NCBI GenBank assembly: GCA_023261815.1
Contig: JALNKA010000009.1
Span: 1-37,253, forward strand
DNA: 37,253 nt
Direction of reading: 5' to 3'
Origin: Candidatus Wolframiiraptor sinensis
Lineage (GTDB): Archaea > Thermoproteota > Nitrososphaeria_A > Caldarchaeales > Wolframiiraptoraceae
In this document: one piece after another, positions 18,230-27,557 of the stretch
Numbering within the stretch: the stretch's first letter is position 1
Layout: each line of letters begins with the position of its first letter
Notes under the pieces: generated by a model
Databases searched by the model: none
Seen by the model: the letters and a program-made list of their open reading frames with translations, nothing else
Told to the model about the DNA's origin: nothing
Program-made: the position numbers and the translations under genes

Positions 18230-18249
18230 TTTTGAGTAATTACTCAAAA
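18230..18249. promoter_or_regulatory. Perfect 20-bp palindrome upstream of the ECF S-component promoter
   Basis: TTTTGAGTAATTACTCAAAA, abutting the minus-strand TATA-like TTTATTAA. Confidence 0.5.
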
Positions 18250-18258
18250 ATGGGTAAC

Positions 18259-19095
18259 TTAACCAATGAGACCCGTAAAATAATCTTTCCAGACCTGCTC
18301 ATAGTCCTCCGGAGACCCGATATCAGCCCAGTAGCCGTTATATGGATAGGCATAGAGCTTTCCCCTCTCTATGAGCTCGGGAAATACGTGCTCTTCCAGT
18401 GAGCAGTAGGTCAGAGCGGGAATATAGTCTAGGATCTGAGGCTCGAAGACATATATCCCGGCATTAACCAGTCCCGAGATCGGTTGCTTGGGCTTCTCGC
18501 GGAAGGCTACAACCCGGTTACTTTCATCAAGCGATACTAAGCCGAATCTACTAGCATCCTCGACTTTAGCTAATGCCATGGTGGCGATGGCGTTCCTCTC
18601 CTCATGAAATCTCAGGAGATCGCCTATATTCAGGCCATTGAATAGCACGTCTCCATAGACTACTATGAATCTGCCATCGATCTTATCCTCCGCATTCCTG
18701 ATTGCTCCCGCGGTCCCGAGCGGGATCTTCTCCACGGAGTAATCTATCTTAACCCTGAGTGAGCCGCCATCCCCGAAATATCTTATGATGTGCTCGCTCA
18801 GATGGCTCACTGCCAGGATGAAGTGGTTGAGACCTTGATCTCTAAGCCTGCATATTGTGTGCTCTAGCAGGGGCTTGTAGCCGACGGGCATCATCACCTT
18901 CGGAATACTCTTGCTTAGGGGCCCCATCCCCACTCCTAGGCCGCCGCATAGGATCAAGCATTTCATGGATTCGCGGATAAGCTTCTCCCGAACCGCCTCA
19001 ATTATGAATGCTGTCCGCCGCCTAGCGGGTATCCTGCTACTAAGCTGCCTCCAAAGATCATCCGGAAATTCTATACTCGTTCTATGCTTCTGCAT
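18259..19095 (-). CDS. RHH domain fused to a sugar-phosphate nucleotidyltransferase domain (probable regulator)
   Basis: N-terminal RTSIEFPDDLW...TAFIIEAVREKL (RHH). Then LILCGGLG...PKVM, PLGTAGA, YGD, FREKP, NAGIY and WADIG. Confidence 0.82.
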   Translation of the reverse strand: MQKHRTSIEFPDDLWRQLSSRIPARRRTAFIIEAVREKLIRESMKCLILCGGLGVGMGPLSKSIPKVMMPVGYKPLLEHTICRLRDQGLNHFILAVSHLSEHIIRYFGDGGSLRVKIDYSVEKIPLGTAGAIRNAEDKIDGRFIVVYGDVLFNGLNIGDLLRFHEERNAIATMALAKVEDASRFGLVSLDESNRVVAFREKPKQPISGLVNAGIYVFEPQILDYIPALTYCSLEEHVFPELIERGKLYAYPYNGYWADIGSPEDYEQVWKDYFTGLIG

Positions 19096-19176
19096 ATCGC
19101 TAGAATATGTGGAGTAATTTACATATAATGTTTATGCAGACCGCCCCTCCCAAAAGCTTTTTCTAATGCGTGCATG

Positions 19177-19247
19177 AAGCATACCTTATTAAGATATGCT
19201 TATTACTACTAAGATGGTAGCTATTAAGATATGCTTATTAAGATATG
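19177..19247. repeat. Operator-like cluster of TAAGATATG(CTT) repeats in the divergent promoter
   Basis: Inverted repeat AAGCATACCTTA-T-TAAGATATGCTT (19177-19201, 1 mismatch). Perfect 19-bp direct repeat TATTAAGATATGCTTATTA at 19187 and 19222. A third TAAGATATG ends at 19247. Confidence 0.8.
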
Positions 19248-19293
19248 GTTAATAATCCCGAATATATCCATTCTCAAGTGAGGTGCTTAGGAT

Positions 19294-20313
19294 ATGCTGA
19301 GGGTCGGAGTAAATGGTATGGGGAGGATAGGGCGGCTATTTGCGCGGGCAGCCTTCCAGCATCCCGAGCATGGTAAGAGCTTCGAGATAGTAGCTTTTAA
19401 CGAGATAGCGGACAATAAGGTAACAGCGTTCCTACTGAGGTACGATTCTGTGCACAAAAAATGGGATAGGAAGGTGGAGGCGACGGATAAGGGCATAGTA
19501 ATCGATGGCCGTGAGCTCTTAGGATTCCATGAAATGGATCCTGCTAAAATCCCTTGGAATAAGGCCGAGGTTGATCTGGTGGTCGAAGCTACCGGCAGGT
19601 TCACGGATAGAGAGAAGGCGGCCCTGCATCTCAGGGATGGCGTGAAGAAGGTCTTGATTTCCGCGCCCTCGAAGAACGCCGATGTAACGATAGTGCCGGG
19701 CGTGAACGATGAGATGCTGGATGTCAAGAAGCACGACGTCATCTCCGGCGCATCCTGCACGACGAACTGCCTCGCCCCGATGGTCAAGGTACTGCTGGAC
19801 AACTTCGGGATAAAGAAAGGGTTCATGACGACGGTCCATGCTTACACGAATGATCAGAGGGTTCTCGACTTAGTTCACGAGGATCTTCGAAGGGCCAGGG
19901 CCGCGGCTCTCTCTATAATCCCGACGACGACCGGTGCGGCGAAAGCGCTTCACTTGGTCATCCCGGAGGTTAAGGGGAAGCTACACGGCATAGCACTGCG
20001 GGTCCCGGTTCCGGATGGCTCGATAACGGACTTGGTAGCGCTGCTCGACCGCGAGGTAACGGTCGATGAAGTGAAGAATGCCTATAAGAGGGCGGCCGAG
20101 GGCAGGATGAGGGGGATACTCGAGTACACGGAGGACCCGATAGTCTCGGTTGACATAATCGGCAACCCGGCCTCATGCATCATAGATGGGCAGAATATAA
20201 TGACTTTAGGGGACAGGGGTGACATAGTCAAGGTTCTGGGTTGGTACGATAATGAGTGGGGCTACAGTAATAGGCTCATAGACATAATTCTGCTGATCAA
20301 TAAGCAGCTTTAG
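19294..20313 (+). CDS. gap: Glyceraldehyde-3-phosphate dehydrogenase, class I (bacterial/eukaryotic type)
   Basis: GVNGMGRIGR, ASCTTNCLAP, TTVHAYT, IIPTTTGAAKA, RVP and WYDNEWGYS. Confidence 0.95.
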   Translation: MLRVGVNGMGRIGRLFARAAFQHPEHGKSFEIVAFNEIADNKVTAFLLRYDSVHKKWDRKVEATDKGIVIDGRELLGFHEMDPAKIPWNKAEVDLVVEATGRFTDREKAALHLRDGVKKVLISAPSKNADVTIVPGVNDEMLDVKKHDVISGASCTTNCLAPMVKVLLDNFGIKKGFMTTVHAYTNDQRVLDLVHEDLRRARAAALSIIPTTTGAAKALHLVIPEVKGKLHGIALRVPVPDGSITDLVALLDREVTVDEVKNAYKRAAEGRMRGILEYTEDPIVSVDIIGNPASCIIDGQNIMTLGDRGDIVKVLGWYDNEWGYSNRLIDIILLINKQL

Positions 20314-20327
20314 GCCTCCTTTACCTT

Positions 20328-21188
20328 CTAACTCTTTTTCTCCTGCTCGCCGCCAGCCTCGGATAAGAGTTCTGGAAGCCTTTCATAATCCTCAGGCTCC
20401 ATTCTCCATCCCATGCCTCCGAGAAGCTCGTCCAAGTGCTCCTTACTCATCGTCTTCGATAGCGATATTATGTTCTCATGGCGTATAACCCAGTTTATCA
20501 AGATCTGCGCAGGCGTCTTCCCATATTTTCTCCCAAAGCCCTCTAAAATCCTCCTGTAGGGATCTTTCAGGAGAGAGCCTTTTCCGAGAGGTCTATATGC
20601 TATGATCGTTATTCCGTTTCTTGCGCAGAAGGGCAGGATTTCATGCTCTATGAGCCTGTCTAGGGGATTGTAGAGAACCTGGTTCGAGACTATATCGTAT
20701 CTCGAGAGATGGTTCATCGCCTCCTCGAGCTCCTTGACGCTGAAGTTGCTGACGCCGATGAACCTGATCTTGCCCTCGTCAACGAGCTTCTCCATAGCTT
20801 TCATGGTCTCCCTAAGTGGTATGAATGGATTCGGGAAATGTATCTGGTATAGGTCGATATAATCCACCCCTAATCTATCAAGGCTTCTACTCAGAGACTC
20901 GAAGACATCCTTGAACTTCAGGTTGTAGGGCCATATCTTGGTTGCTATGAAGACCTCTTCTCTCGGGAACTCCTTGACCGCCTCTCCCACGAGCTCCTCG
21001 CAATGCCCAGCCCCATACATCTCGGCCGTATCAATGAGCTTTACGCCTCTCCTAATCGCGTACCTCACTATCTCCACAACCTCCACATCCCTAGAAAAAT
21101 CCGGGTAATCTCTTCCACCCATCTCCCATGTTCCAAGTCCTAGAGCCGGAATGAGGACATCCGTTCTTCCCAGCCTCCTAAGCTCCAT
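20328..21188 (-). CDS. Aldo/keto reductase
   Basis: LGLGTW, IDTAEMYG, IATK, DLYQIHFP and GVSNFS. Confidence 0.93.
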   Translation of the reverse strand: MELRRLGRTDVLIPALGLGTWEMGGRDYPDFSRDVEVVEIVRYAIRRGVKLIDTAEMYGAGHCEELVGEAVKEFPREEVFIATKIWPYNLKFKDVFESLSRSLDRLGVDYIDLYQIHFPNPFIPLRETMKAMEKLVDEGKIRFIGVSNFSVKELEEAMNHLSRYDIVSNQVLYNPLDRLIEHEILPFCARNGITIIAYRPLGKGSLLKDPYRRILEGFGRKYGKTPAQILINWVIRHENIISLSKTMSKEHLDELLGGMGWRMEPEDYERLPELLSEAGGEQEKKS

Positions 21189-21312
21189 CTCCCCTCAACA
21201 TCACTCTCGCCCTTCGGTATTGAAAAATCTTCTAGGGTGCGCCTCGGCAACGAGCATTGGGCTTAATGGTTTTAACTTCCCATAAGGGGAGTATTCTTGT
21301 CGGTGATGTGGA

Positions 21313-22542
21313 GTGTGCCCGGCCTTCAAGACCCTAGATGACGTGGATGTTCGCGGCAAGGTGGTGATCGTGAGAGCTGATCTGAATTCTCCGATAGACC
21401 CACAGACTGGGATGATACAGGATAATGAGAGGATACAGGCGCATGCCGAGACTCTTAAGGAGCTTGCTGAGAAGGGTGCCAGGGTCGTGGTTCTCGCTCA
21501 TCAGGGGAGAAAGGGCGATCCAGACTTCCTCCCACTCGAGCAGCATGCTAAGTTCCTCTCGAAGCATGTTGGCAAGCCGGTGAAGTACGTCCCAGATCTC
21601 ATCGGTGAAAAGGCTGTGGAGGCGGTTAAGAGCCTTAGAAGCGGCGAGATACTGCTCCTAGAGAATGTTAGGATTCTTGATGAGGAGACCGCGGAGAAGA
21701 GCCCGGAGGAGCATGCAAGGGGCGCATTAGTTTCGAAGCTATCTGGACTGGCGGATCTATTCGTCTTGGATGCGTTCTCGGCGGCTCATAGGGCTCATGC
21801 ATCAATAGTCGGGTTCGCCGCGGTTCTCCCCACAGTGGCCGGCAGGGTCATGGAGAGGGAGCTCAAGGCGCTCAGCGAGATACTCGAGAAGCGGAGCAGC
21901 ATAATACTCTTCATGGGCGGAAACAAGCCCGACGACTGCATAAAGGTCATCGAAGCACTTCTCAGCAGGCGCAAGCCCGAGATCAAGATTCTGCTCTCCG
22001 CCGGAATTCTAGGCCAGCTCTTCCTCGCATCCGAAGGTAGGAATCTCGGAGAGCCCAGCATGGCATATATCAGGAAGAAGGGATTTGAGCCCCTCATAGG
22101 CAAGGTGAGAGATCTGGCGACAAAGCTCGGAGATCGGCTGAGGAAGCCCATTGACGTGGCCTACGAGATCGATGGAAGGCGCGAGGAGATTAGGGTCGAG
22201 AATCTCCCGTCTCCAGGCCCCATCATGGATATAGGGAGCGAGACCGCCTCGACATATGCGGACATAATAAGATCCGCGAGCGAGGATGATGCGATAATAG
22301 TTAAGGGGCCCGCGGGAGCATACGAGCACGAGAACTTCAGGAAGGGGACTGCGGAGATCTACAGGGCTTTGGCGAGGTCAAAGGCCTTCGCCTTGATCGG
22401 CGGAGGCGATTCGTCGACGGCCATAAACCTCGTCGGGCTCAGGGTCGAGGACTTCTCATACGTCAGCCTAGCGGGCGGAGCCCTAATCCACTATCTATCC
22501 GGCGGCAAGATGCCCGGCGTTGAGATCCTGATGCGAGGCTAA
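21313..22542 (+). CDS. pgk: Phosphoglycerate kinase
   Basis: RADLNSP, AHQGR, LLENVR, DAFSAAHRAHAS, GGGDS and SLAGGA. Confidence 0.96.
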   Translation: MCPAFKTLDDVDVRGKVVIVRADLNSPIDPQTGMIQDNERIQAHAETLKELAEKGARVVVLAHQGRKGDPDFLPLEQHAKFLSKHVGKPVKYVPDLIGEKAVEAVKSLRSGEILLLENVRILDEETAEKSPEEHARGALVSKLSGLADLFVLDAFSAAHRAHASIVGFAAVLPTVAGRVMERELKALSEILEKRSSIILFMGGNKPDDCIKVIEALLSRRKPEIKILLSAGILGQLFLASEGRNLGEPSMAYIRKKGFEPLIGKVRDLATKLGDRLRKPIDVAYEIDGRREEIRVENLPSPGPIMDIGSETASTYADIIRSASEDDAIIVKGPAGAYEHENFRKGTAEIYRALARSKAFALIGGGDSSTAINLVGLRVEDFSYVSLAGGALIHYLSGGKMPGVEILMRG

Positions 22543-22637
22543 AAAGCCGCAAACAATACGAACTTCTCCTCAACCCCTTTTTCCCAATTCGTAAATAATG
22601 TTTTTCTACTTCTTTTGAGCTATAGCCGCCAAAAGGC

Positions 22638-24212
22638 ATGGTTTCAAGGAAGATTCCTCGAACGATGTCGACCCAGCATCCGGATAATGTCTCACTGCCG
22701 AGCTGGGTTAGCGGCGAGGTCATTCAGGGAGAGGATGAGGTTCATGAGGCATACTTCGCCTATAGCCAGCTTGGATGCATGGAGGTAATGTGGGATGCTG
22801 AGGGAAAGGACGTGGATACGCGCGTTATCAGGAAGCTGCTGAGCAAGTACGGCGACTTCTTCAGGGATCACGTAATAGGCGAGGACATATTCTTGACATA
22901 CCGCGTCCCAAACCCGAACATAGAGCTCGTTGAGCGAAAGATACTGCTTGAGTCCCTGATGAATATACCGATTGCCCGCGACATCGCATCAACCTTCTAT
23001 GGAAGGGAGGTGACACCGTTCTTCGAGGTCATCCTCCCTCTAACAACCTGCAGCGAGGACATGCTGAAGCTCAAGGGATTCTACGAGAAGGCCATAGCGG
23101 GCATCGGGGATATCAGGGTACACGGAGAGACGAGTGTCTCGGATTGGGTCGGCGAGTTCAAGCCCAAGGCGATCGACGTGATCCCGCTCATAGAAGATAT
23201 GGAGAGCATGCTAAGCATCGACTGCATAATTGAGCCCTATATATCAGCGGTTAAGCCGGAATCTCTCCGAGTATTCCTAGCGCGCTCCGATCCCGCTCTG
23301 AACTACGGCCTCGCATGCGCCGTGATCCTATGCAAGCTCGCGCTCTCGAAGCTGAAGAGAGTAGAGGAGGATACAGGAGTCGAGATCTACCCGATAATCG
23401 GCGCCGGAACCATGCCATTTCGCGGCCACCTGAATCCGGAGAATCTGCAGAATTTCCTAGATGAGTATAGGGGAGTTCATACCGTCACGATACAGTCCGC
23501 CATGAAGTACGATTATCCCGTTGAGGCCGTGAAGGAAGCTATTCGCGTGCTGAATGATCGGCTCCCCGGCGGCGAGCCCGAGCTCATCGAGCCTCACGAA
23601 GAAGAATTGCTGAGAAAGGTTCTCATCAAGTTTGCCAGAAGCTATCAGAGGACGATCGAGGCTCTGGCACCCATGATAAACTACGTGGCCCGATATGTTC
23701 CGCCGAGAAGAGCCAGGAAGCTTCACATAGGGCTTTTCGGCTACAGCCGCAGCGTCGGAAAAGTATCTCTTCCGAGAGCAATACCATTCGCCGCTGCGCT
23801 CTACACCCTCGGGATACCGCCAGAGTTCATCGGATTCAAAGCGCTCATAGACCTGAGCGAGGAGGAGTGGAACGCTCTAAGAAGATGCTACCGCAAGCTG
23901 GAGCACGACCTGTCCGTCGCCGCCGGATTGCTATCTTGGAATAACCTGAATATGCTGGCCGAGGCATGTCAGCAGTTAGCCGAGCTGGTCGGCATGAGTG
24001 CGGATGAGCTACGCAGCGCCATGAGCGACATCATAACAGACCTGAGCGCCGTCGAGGAGCAGCTCGGCCTGAGGGCTGGCCCGAAAACATTAACTCAAAG
24101 GCGCTACGAGAATGCTGTAAACGACTTTTTAGCAGCCATTCTAGAGGGGGATCAGGAGGAAGCAGGTAGGAGGCTCATAGATGCTGCCAGGCTGAGGCGC
24201 TGCTTGGGGTAG
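22638..24212 (+). CDS. ppcA: Phosphoenolpyruvate carboxylase, archaeal type
   Basis: IPRTMSTQHPDN, MWDAEGK, FLARSDPALNYG, PFRGH and RKLHIGLFGYSR...LPRAI. Confidence 0.96.
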   Translation: MVSRKIPRTMSTQHPDNVSLPSWVSGEVIQGEDEVHEAYFAYSQLGCMEVMWDAEGKDVDTRVIRKLLSKYGDFFRDHVIGEDIFLTYRVPNPNIELVERKILLESLMNIPIARDIASTFYGREVTPFFEVILPLTTCSEDMLKLKGFYEKAIAGIGDIRVHGETSVSDWVGEFKPKAIDVIPLIEDMESMLSIDCIIEPYISAVKPESLRVFLARSDPALNYGLACAVILCKLALSKLKRVEEDTGVEIYPIIGAGTMPFRGHLNPENLQNFLDEYRGVHTVTIQSAMKYDYPVEAVKEAIRVLNDRLPGGEPELIEPHEEELLRKVLIKFARSYQRTIEALAPMINYVARYVPPRRARKLHIGLFGYSRSVGKVSLPRAIPFAAALYTLGIPPEFIGFKALIDLSEEEWNALRRCYRKLEHDLSVAAGLLSWNNLNMLAEACQQLAELVGMSADELRSAMSDIITDLSAVEEQLGLRAGPKTLTQRRYENAVNDFLAAILEGDQEEAGRRLIDAARLRRCLG

Positions 24213-24269
24213 TGCTCGAACAGAGTCCGCGCGCAGAAATATATCATGGCTCACTGCCCTATTCCGCGG

Positions 24270-24722
24270 ATGACCAAGCTATGGTACTTCGCATATGGAT
24301 GGTCCATGGACAAGTCTCTTATGAGAAAGTGCATCGGGGATTGGCTCGATGCGAGGCGCGCGGTTTTAAAGGGCTTCGAGATAGCCTTTAACGCCTATTC
24401 CCCGGCTTGGAGGGGCGGCATCGCGAACCTCAGGGAGAAGGAGGGCGCGAGGGTCATCGGCGTCGCCTACATGATAACGCCCGATCAGCTCGTGAAGCTG
24501 GACGCATTCGAAGGCGTCCCATCGAGGGCGAGCAGGAGAATGATCTCGATCGAGGTTGAGGGGATTGGCGAGGTTAGAGCTGTGACGCACGTTGCCTCAA
24601 GCCCGAGAAACGGCTTCATCCAGCCATCAAAGGAGTATCTCTCGGCAATGTATAGGGGCGTCAAGCAGCACGGCATTCCAGACGAGATTATAAGAGTTCT
24701 TCAGAGGATTATAGGGAGATGA
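24270..24722 (+). CDS. Gamma-glutamylcyclotransferase family protein
   Basis: WYFAYGWSM (variant of YFAYGSN), GVAY...LDAFEG and PSKEY. Confidence 0.8.
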   Translation: MTKLWYFAYGWSMDKSLMRKCIGDWLDARRAVLKGFEIAFNAYSPAWRGGIANLREKEGARVIGVAYMITPDQLVKLDAFEGVPSRASRRMISIEVEGIGEVRAVTHVASSPRNGFIQPSKEYLSAMYRGVKQHGIPDEIIRVLQRIIGR

Positions 24723-24781
24723 CCAGAAAAAGGGAAGGATAAAATTATCCCGAGGGCATCCCCCCATGAGCTGGCGATGCG

Positions 24782-25447
24782 GTGATGAGCGACCTCATCG
24801 ATGTATTCGAGATCTTCCGCGCGTTGCGGGCTCACGGGTATCTGGGCGCGCTACTCATAGCAGTTCTAGGCAGCCTAGTCCCATTCCTGCCTGTCCCATA
24901 CCTGATACCGATAGTTCTCATGTCTAGGGCTTTGGATCCGTTTCTTCTCGGGATCGCCGCGGGTATTGGAGGCGCTTTGGGAAAGCTGACATCCTATTTC
25001 TTAGGCAGGTTCAGCAGGAGGCTTCTCAGCGAGGAGAGGAGGAGGAAGACCGCCGTCCTCGGAAAAGCTATCGAGAAATATGGAATGCTCGCGGTGTTCT
25101 TGTTCGCGCTCACGCCCCTTCCGGATGACGTCGTCTACATCCCGGTCGGGCTCATGGGGCTCAGCATAGCGAAATTCATGATAGCGAATATGCTGGGGAA
25201 AATAGTTCTCTCATGGATAGTCGCCTACGCTGGAAGGTTCTACTTCGACCTCGCCACGCTCTTCTTGGGAGAGGGCAATGGGCCCATAGTAACAATACTA
25301 GCTGTTGCCGCGATGGCGGCGATAACGGTGGTAATACTGAGAGTAGACTGGGAAGAGGTGATTGAGACCGGAAGGAAAAATGGATTCTGGGCAGCATTCA
25401 AAGCTATGCTAGTGCCTGCGAGTAGGAGGCGCGGGCTCCAAAGCTGA
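24782..25447 (+). CDS. VTT/DedA (SNARE-associated) membrane protein
   Basis: PFLPVPY, GGALGKLTSYFLGR and FALTPLPDD. Confidence 0.85.
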   Translation: MMSDLIDVFEIFRALRAHGYLGALLIAVLGSLVPFLPVPYLIPIVLMSRALDPFLLGIAAGIGGALGKLTSYFLGRFSRRLLSEERRRKTAVLGKAIEKYGMLAVFLFALTPLPDDVVYIPVGLMGLSIAKFMIANMLGKIVLSWIVAYAGRFYFDLATLFLGEGNGPIVTILAVAAMAAITVVILRVDWEEVIETGRKNGFWAAFKAMLVPASRRRGLQS

Positions 25448-25481
25448 AAAGCATATATGCCGCACATTGGCTCAATTGTGC

Positions 25482-26141
25482 ATGGCGAGAACCTACAAGT
25501 GGCTTGGCGGAATAGGGTACATCCTAGGATTGGTTCCCTACGTGAGTTTCATTTCACCGATTATCGTCGCGATAGCCTGGATCCTCATGGGCAAGGATAC
25601 GCGGGAGAAGATATTCACGGTTCTGGGAGTGCTGATGCTCGTGATGTTCGCCTCCGCGATCGCGCTCATCGCCTGGCTTTTCTTCTCGCTCATGATGACG
25701 GCGTACACTGTGGTGCCCGGCGCGCTGGAGCCGTGGAGAATGGGAGCGGCCATCTCCCAGGTCCTCAGCCAACTATGGGTTTTGATAACCGCCGCCCTCG
25801 TGATTGTTGGCCTCGCGATCGCGGTCTTCATACTCGATATAATCGCTCATTTCAGGGCTGGAAAGATCTTTGACAGCAGGTGGTTTAAGGCCGCTGGATG
25901 GATGAGAATCATACTGATAATAGCTTTAGTCGTGTCAATTCCGCTCACCATCTTCATGATAATCTCGGCCGGCCCCGGCGTGTTCTCGACAATTCCAGCC
26001 TTACCGGACTATGGCGCAATCGTACCCCTTCTGCTCACGATCCTCTGGCCCATGATAATAGTGCTGATCGTCAGCCTGCTCGCGACGATCTTCTCCGTAA
26101 TAGCGTTCTTCACGATACCAGAGGAGGCTTCGCCAGCATAG
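25482..26141 (+). CDS. Multi-pass membrane protein (DUF996-like)
   Basis: About 5-6 TM helices, KWLGGIGYIL start, FKAAGW and IAFFTIPE end. Confidence 0.65.
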   Translation: MARTYKWLGGIGYILGLVPYVSFISPIIVAIAWILMGKDTREKIFTVLGVLMLVMFASAIALIAWLFFSLMMTAYTVVPGALEPWRMGAAISQVLSQLWVLITAALVIVGLAIAVFILDIIAHFRAGKIFDSRWFKAAGWMRIILIIALVVSIPLTIFMIISAGPGVFSTIPALPDYGAIVPLLLTILWPMIIVLIVSLLATIFSVIAFFTIPEEASPA

Positions 26142-26213
26142 CCATCAGGCCGGATGCTATGAGGCAATAAACTTTAGATTAGGACTTGACAGTGTTCCCG
26201 TGGTGCCGCGGCG

Positions 26214-27485
26214 TTGAGCAGCTGGGGCGGGATAACCTCGTCCGAGATGGCCGCTATCGACGAGAACGCTGAGTGGCTTGGGGTCCCGAGAGCCCTGCTG
26301 ATGGAGAATGCCGGCGCCTGGGTCGCCAGGATAATCTATCAATGGCTCGGGGGAGTGGCGGGCGCGAGGATCGCTGTCATCTGCGGGACCGGGAATAATG
26401 GTGGAGATGGCTTCGCGGCCGCTAGGCATCTCGCCGGCTTAGGGGCGGAGGTCGCGGTGATCCTCGTAGGAGATCCCGAGAAGATTAGAACCGCGGAGGC
26501 TAGGGCAAATTTCGAGGCGGCTAGGGCCATGCGCGAGTCGATAAAGCTCTTCATCATCAGAAGCATAGAGGATCTTGAGAGGGTTAAGCGTGAGGTCGAG
26601 GAATCCGAGGTAGTTGTTGACGCGATATTCGGGACCGGAGTTAGGGGGCCGATCGCCGAGCCCTGGAGATCCGCGATACAGCTCATAAACTCCTCCAGAG
26701 CATTGAAGGTGGCCGTGGATATACCATCGGGCTTAAACCCCGATACCGGCGAGGCTGAAGACGTGTGCGTTCACGCAGATGTGACCGTGACATTTCATAG
26801 GCCGAAGCGGGGCATGCCCGCCGCCGCGGATTACTGTGGCGAGGTGGTGATCGCGCCTATCGGGATACCGCCGGAGGCGGAGATAATCATGGGGCCCGGG
26901 AACCTCAGGCAGGCTCTGAGGGCCATGAGGAGCCGCGCGGAGAATGTGATCCTGCTCGAGCCCCTGCCGGACGAGTCAAGAGCCCTGATGAGCGCACTCG
27001 AAGTCGAGCTCAAGCCCGCCGGCGTTCTTGAGGAAGGCGTGATCTACGCGGGCAGAAGAATCAATCTGCTTAAGGATCTCAAGGAGTACTCTTGGGCTGT
27101 GGGATTCGGGATATCCTCGAGCCCGAGGCTCATCTCGATAATTGGAGAGGATGAGGCATCCCAGCTCGGGATAAACATGAAGATGGGGCTGCGCGCGAAA
27201 TACGAGATATACTCTAGGAAGGCCTCGGAGCTCGAGAACATGATATACATCGTCGGGAGAGAGTTCGATCTACTGATCGGGAACTCTAGGTGGAGGTTGA
27301 GCTGGATGAATAGACCACTCGGCGAACGCGGTCTAAACACCCTGATCGCGGCGACGCTGGCACTTCTTGCGAGAGGAGTCGATTGTTTCGACGCCGTTTC
27401 GGCGGCCGGATACTTGGCGGGAATAGCGGCGGGCTCCGGATATGATGCCGCGCTAAATGAGCTGAAAAGATTTCTCAAAGATTAG
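26214..27485 (+). CDS. nnrE: NAD(P)H-hydrate epimerase with a degenerate C-terminal dehydratase-like domain
   Basis: LMENAG, CGTGNNGGDG, DAIFGTG, AVDIPSG and TVTF. Confidence 0.88.
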   Translation: MSSWGGITSSEMAAIDENAEWLGVPRALLMENAGAWVARIIYQWLGGVAGARIAVICGTGNNGGDGFAAARHLAGLGAEVAVILVGDPEKIRTAEARANFEAARAMRESIKLFIIRSIEDLERVKREVEESEVVVDAIFGTGVRGPIAEPWRSAIQLINSSRALKVAVDIPSGLNPDTGEAEDVCVHADVTVTFHRPKRGMPAAADYCGEVVIAPIGIPPEAEIIMGPGNLRQALRAMRSRAENVILLEPLPDESRALMSALEVELKPAGVLEEGVIYAGRRINLLKDLKEYSWAVGFGISSSPRLISIIGEDEASQLGINMKMGLRAKYEIYSRKASELENMIYIVGREFDLLIGNSRWRLSWMNRPLGERGLNTLIAATLALLARGVDCFDAVSAAGYLAGIAAGSGYDAALNELKRFLKD

Positions 27486-27557
27486 TCGGGTTCCCCTTTT
27501 CGCGGAAAATCATTCCTCATATAACGGGAAAGAAAAACGTGTTTTATGCTCTTTCGC

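Noticed and set aside
19177-19247. Mini-CRISPR array
   Set aside because: The repeats are 14-19 bp, abutting or irregularly spaced, with no 30-45 nt spacers and no cas genes.
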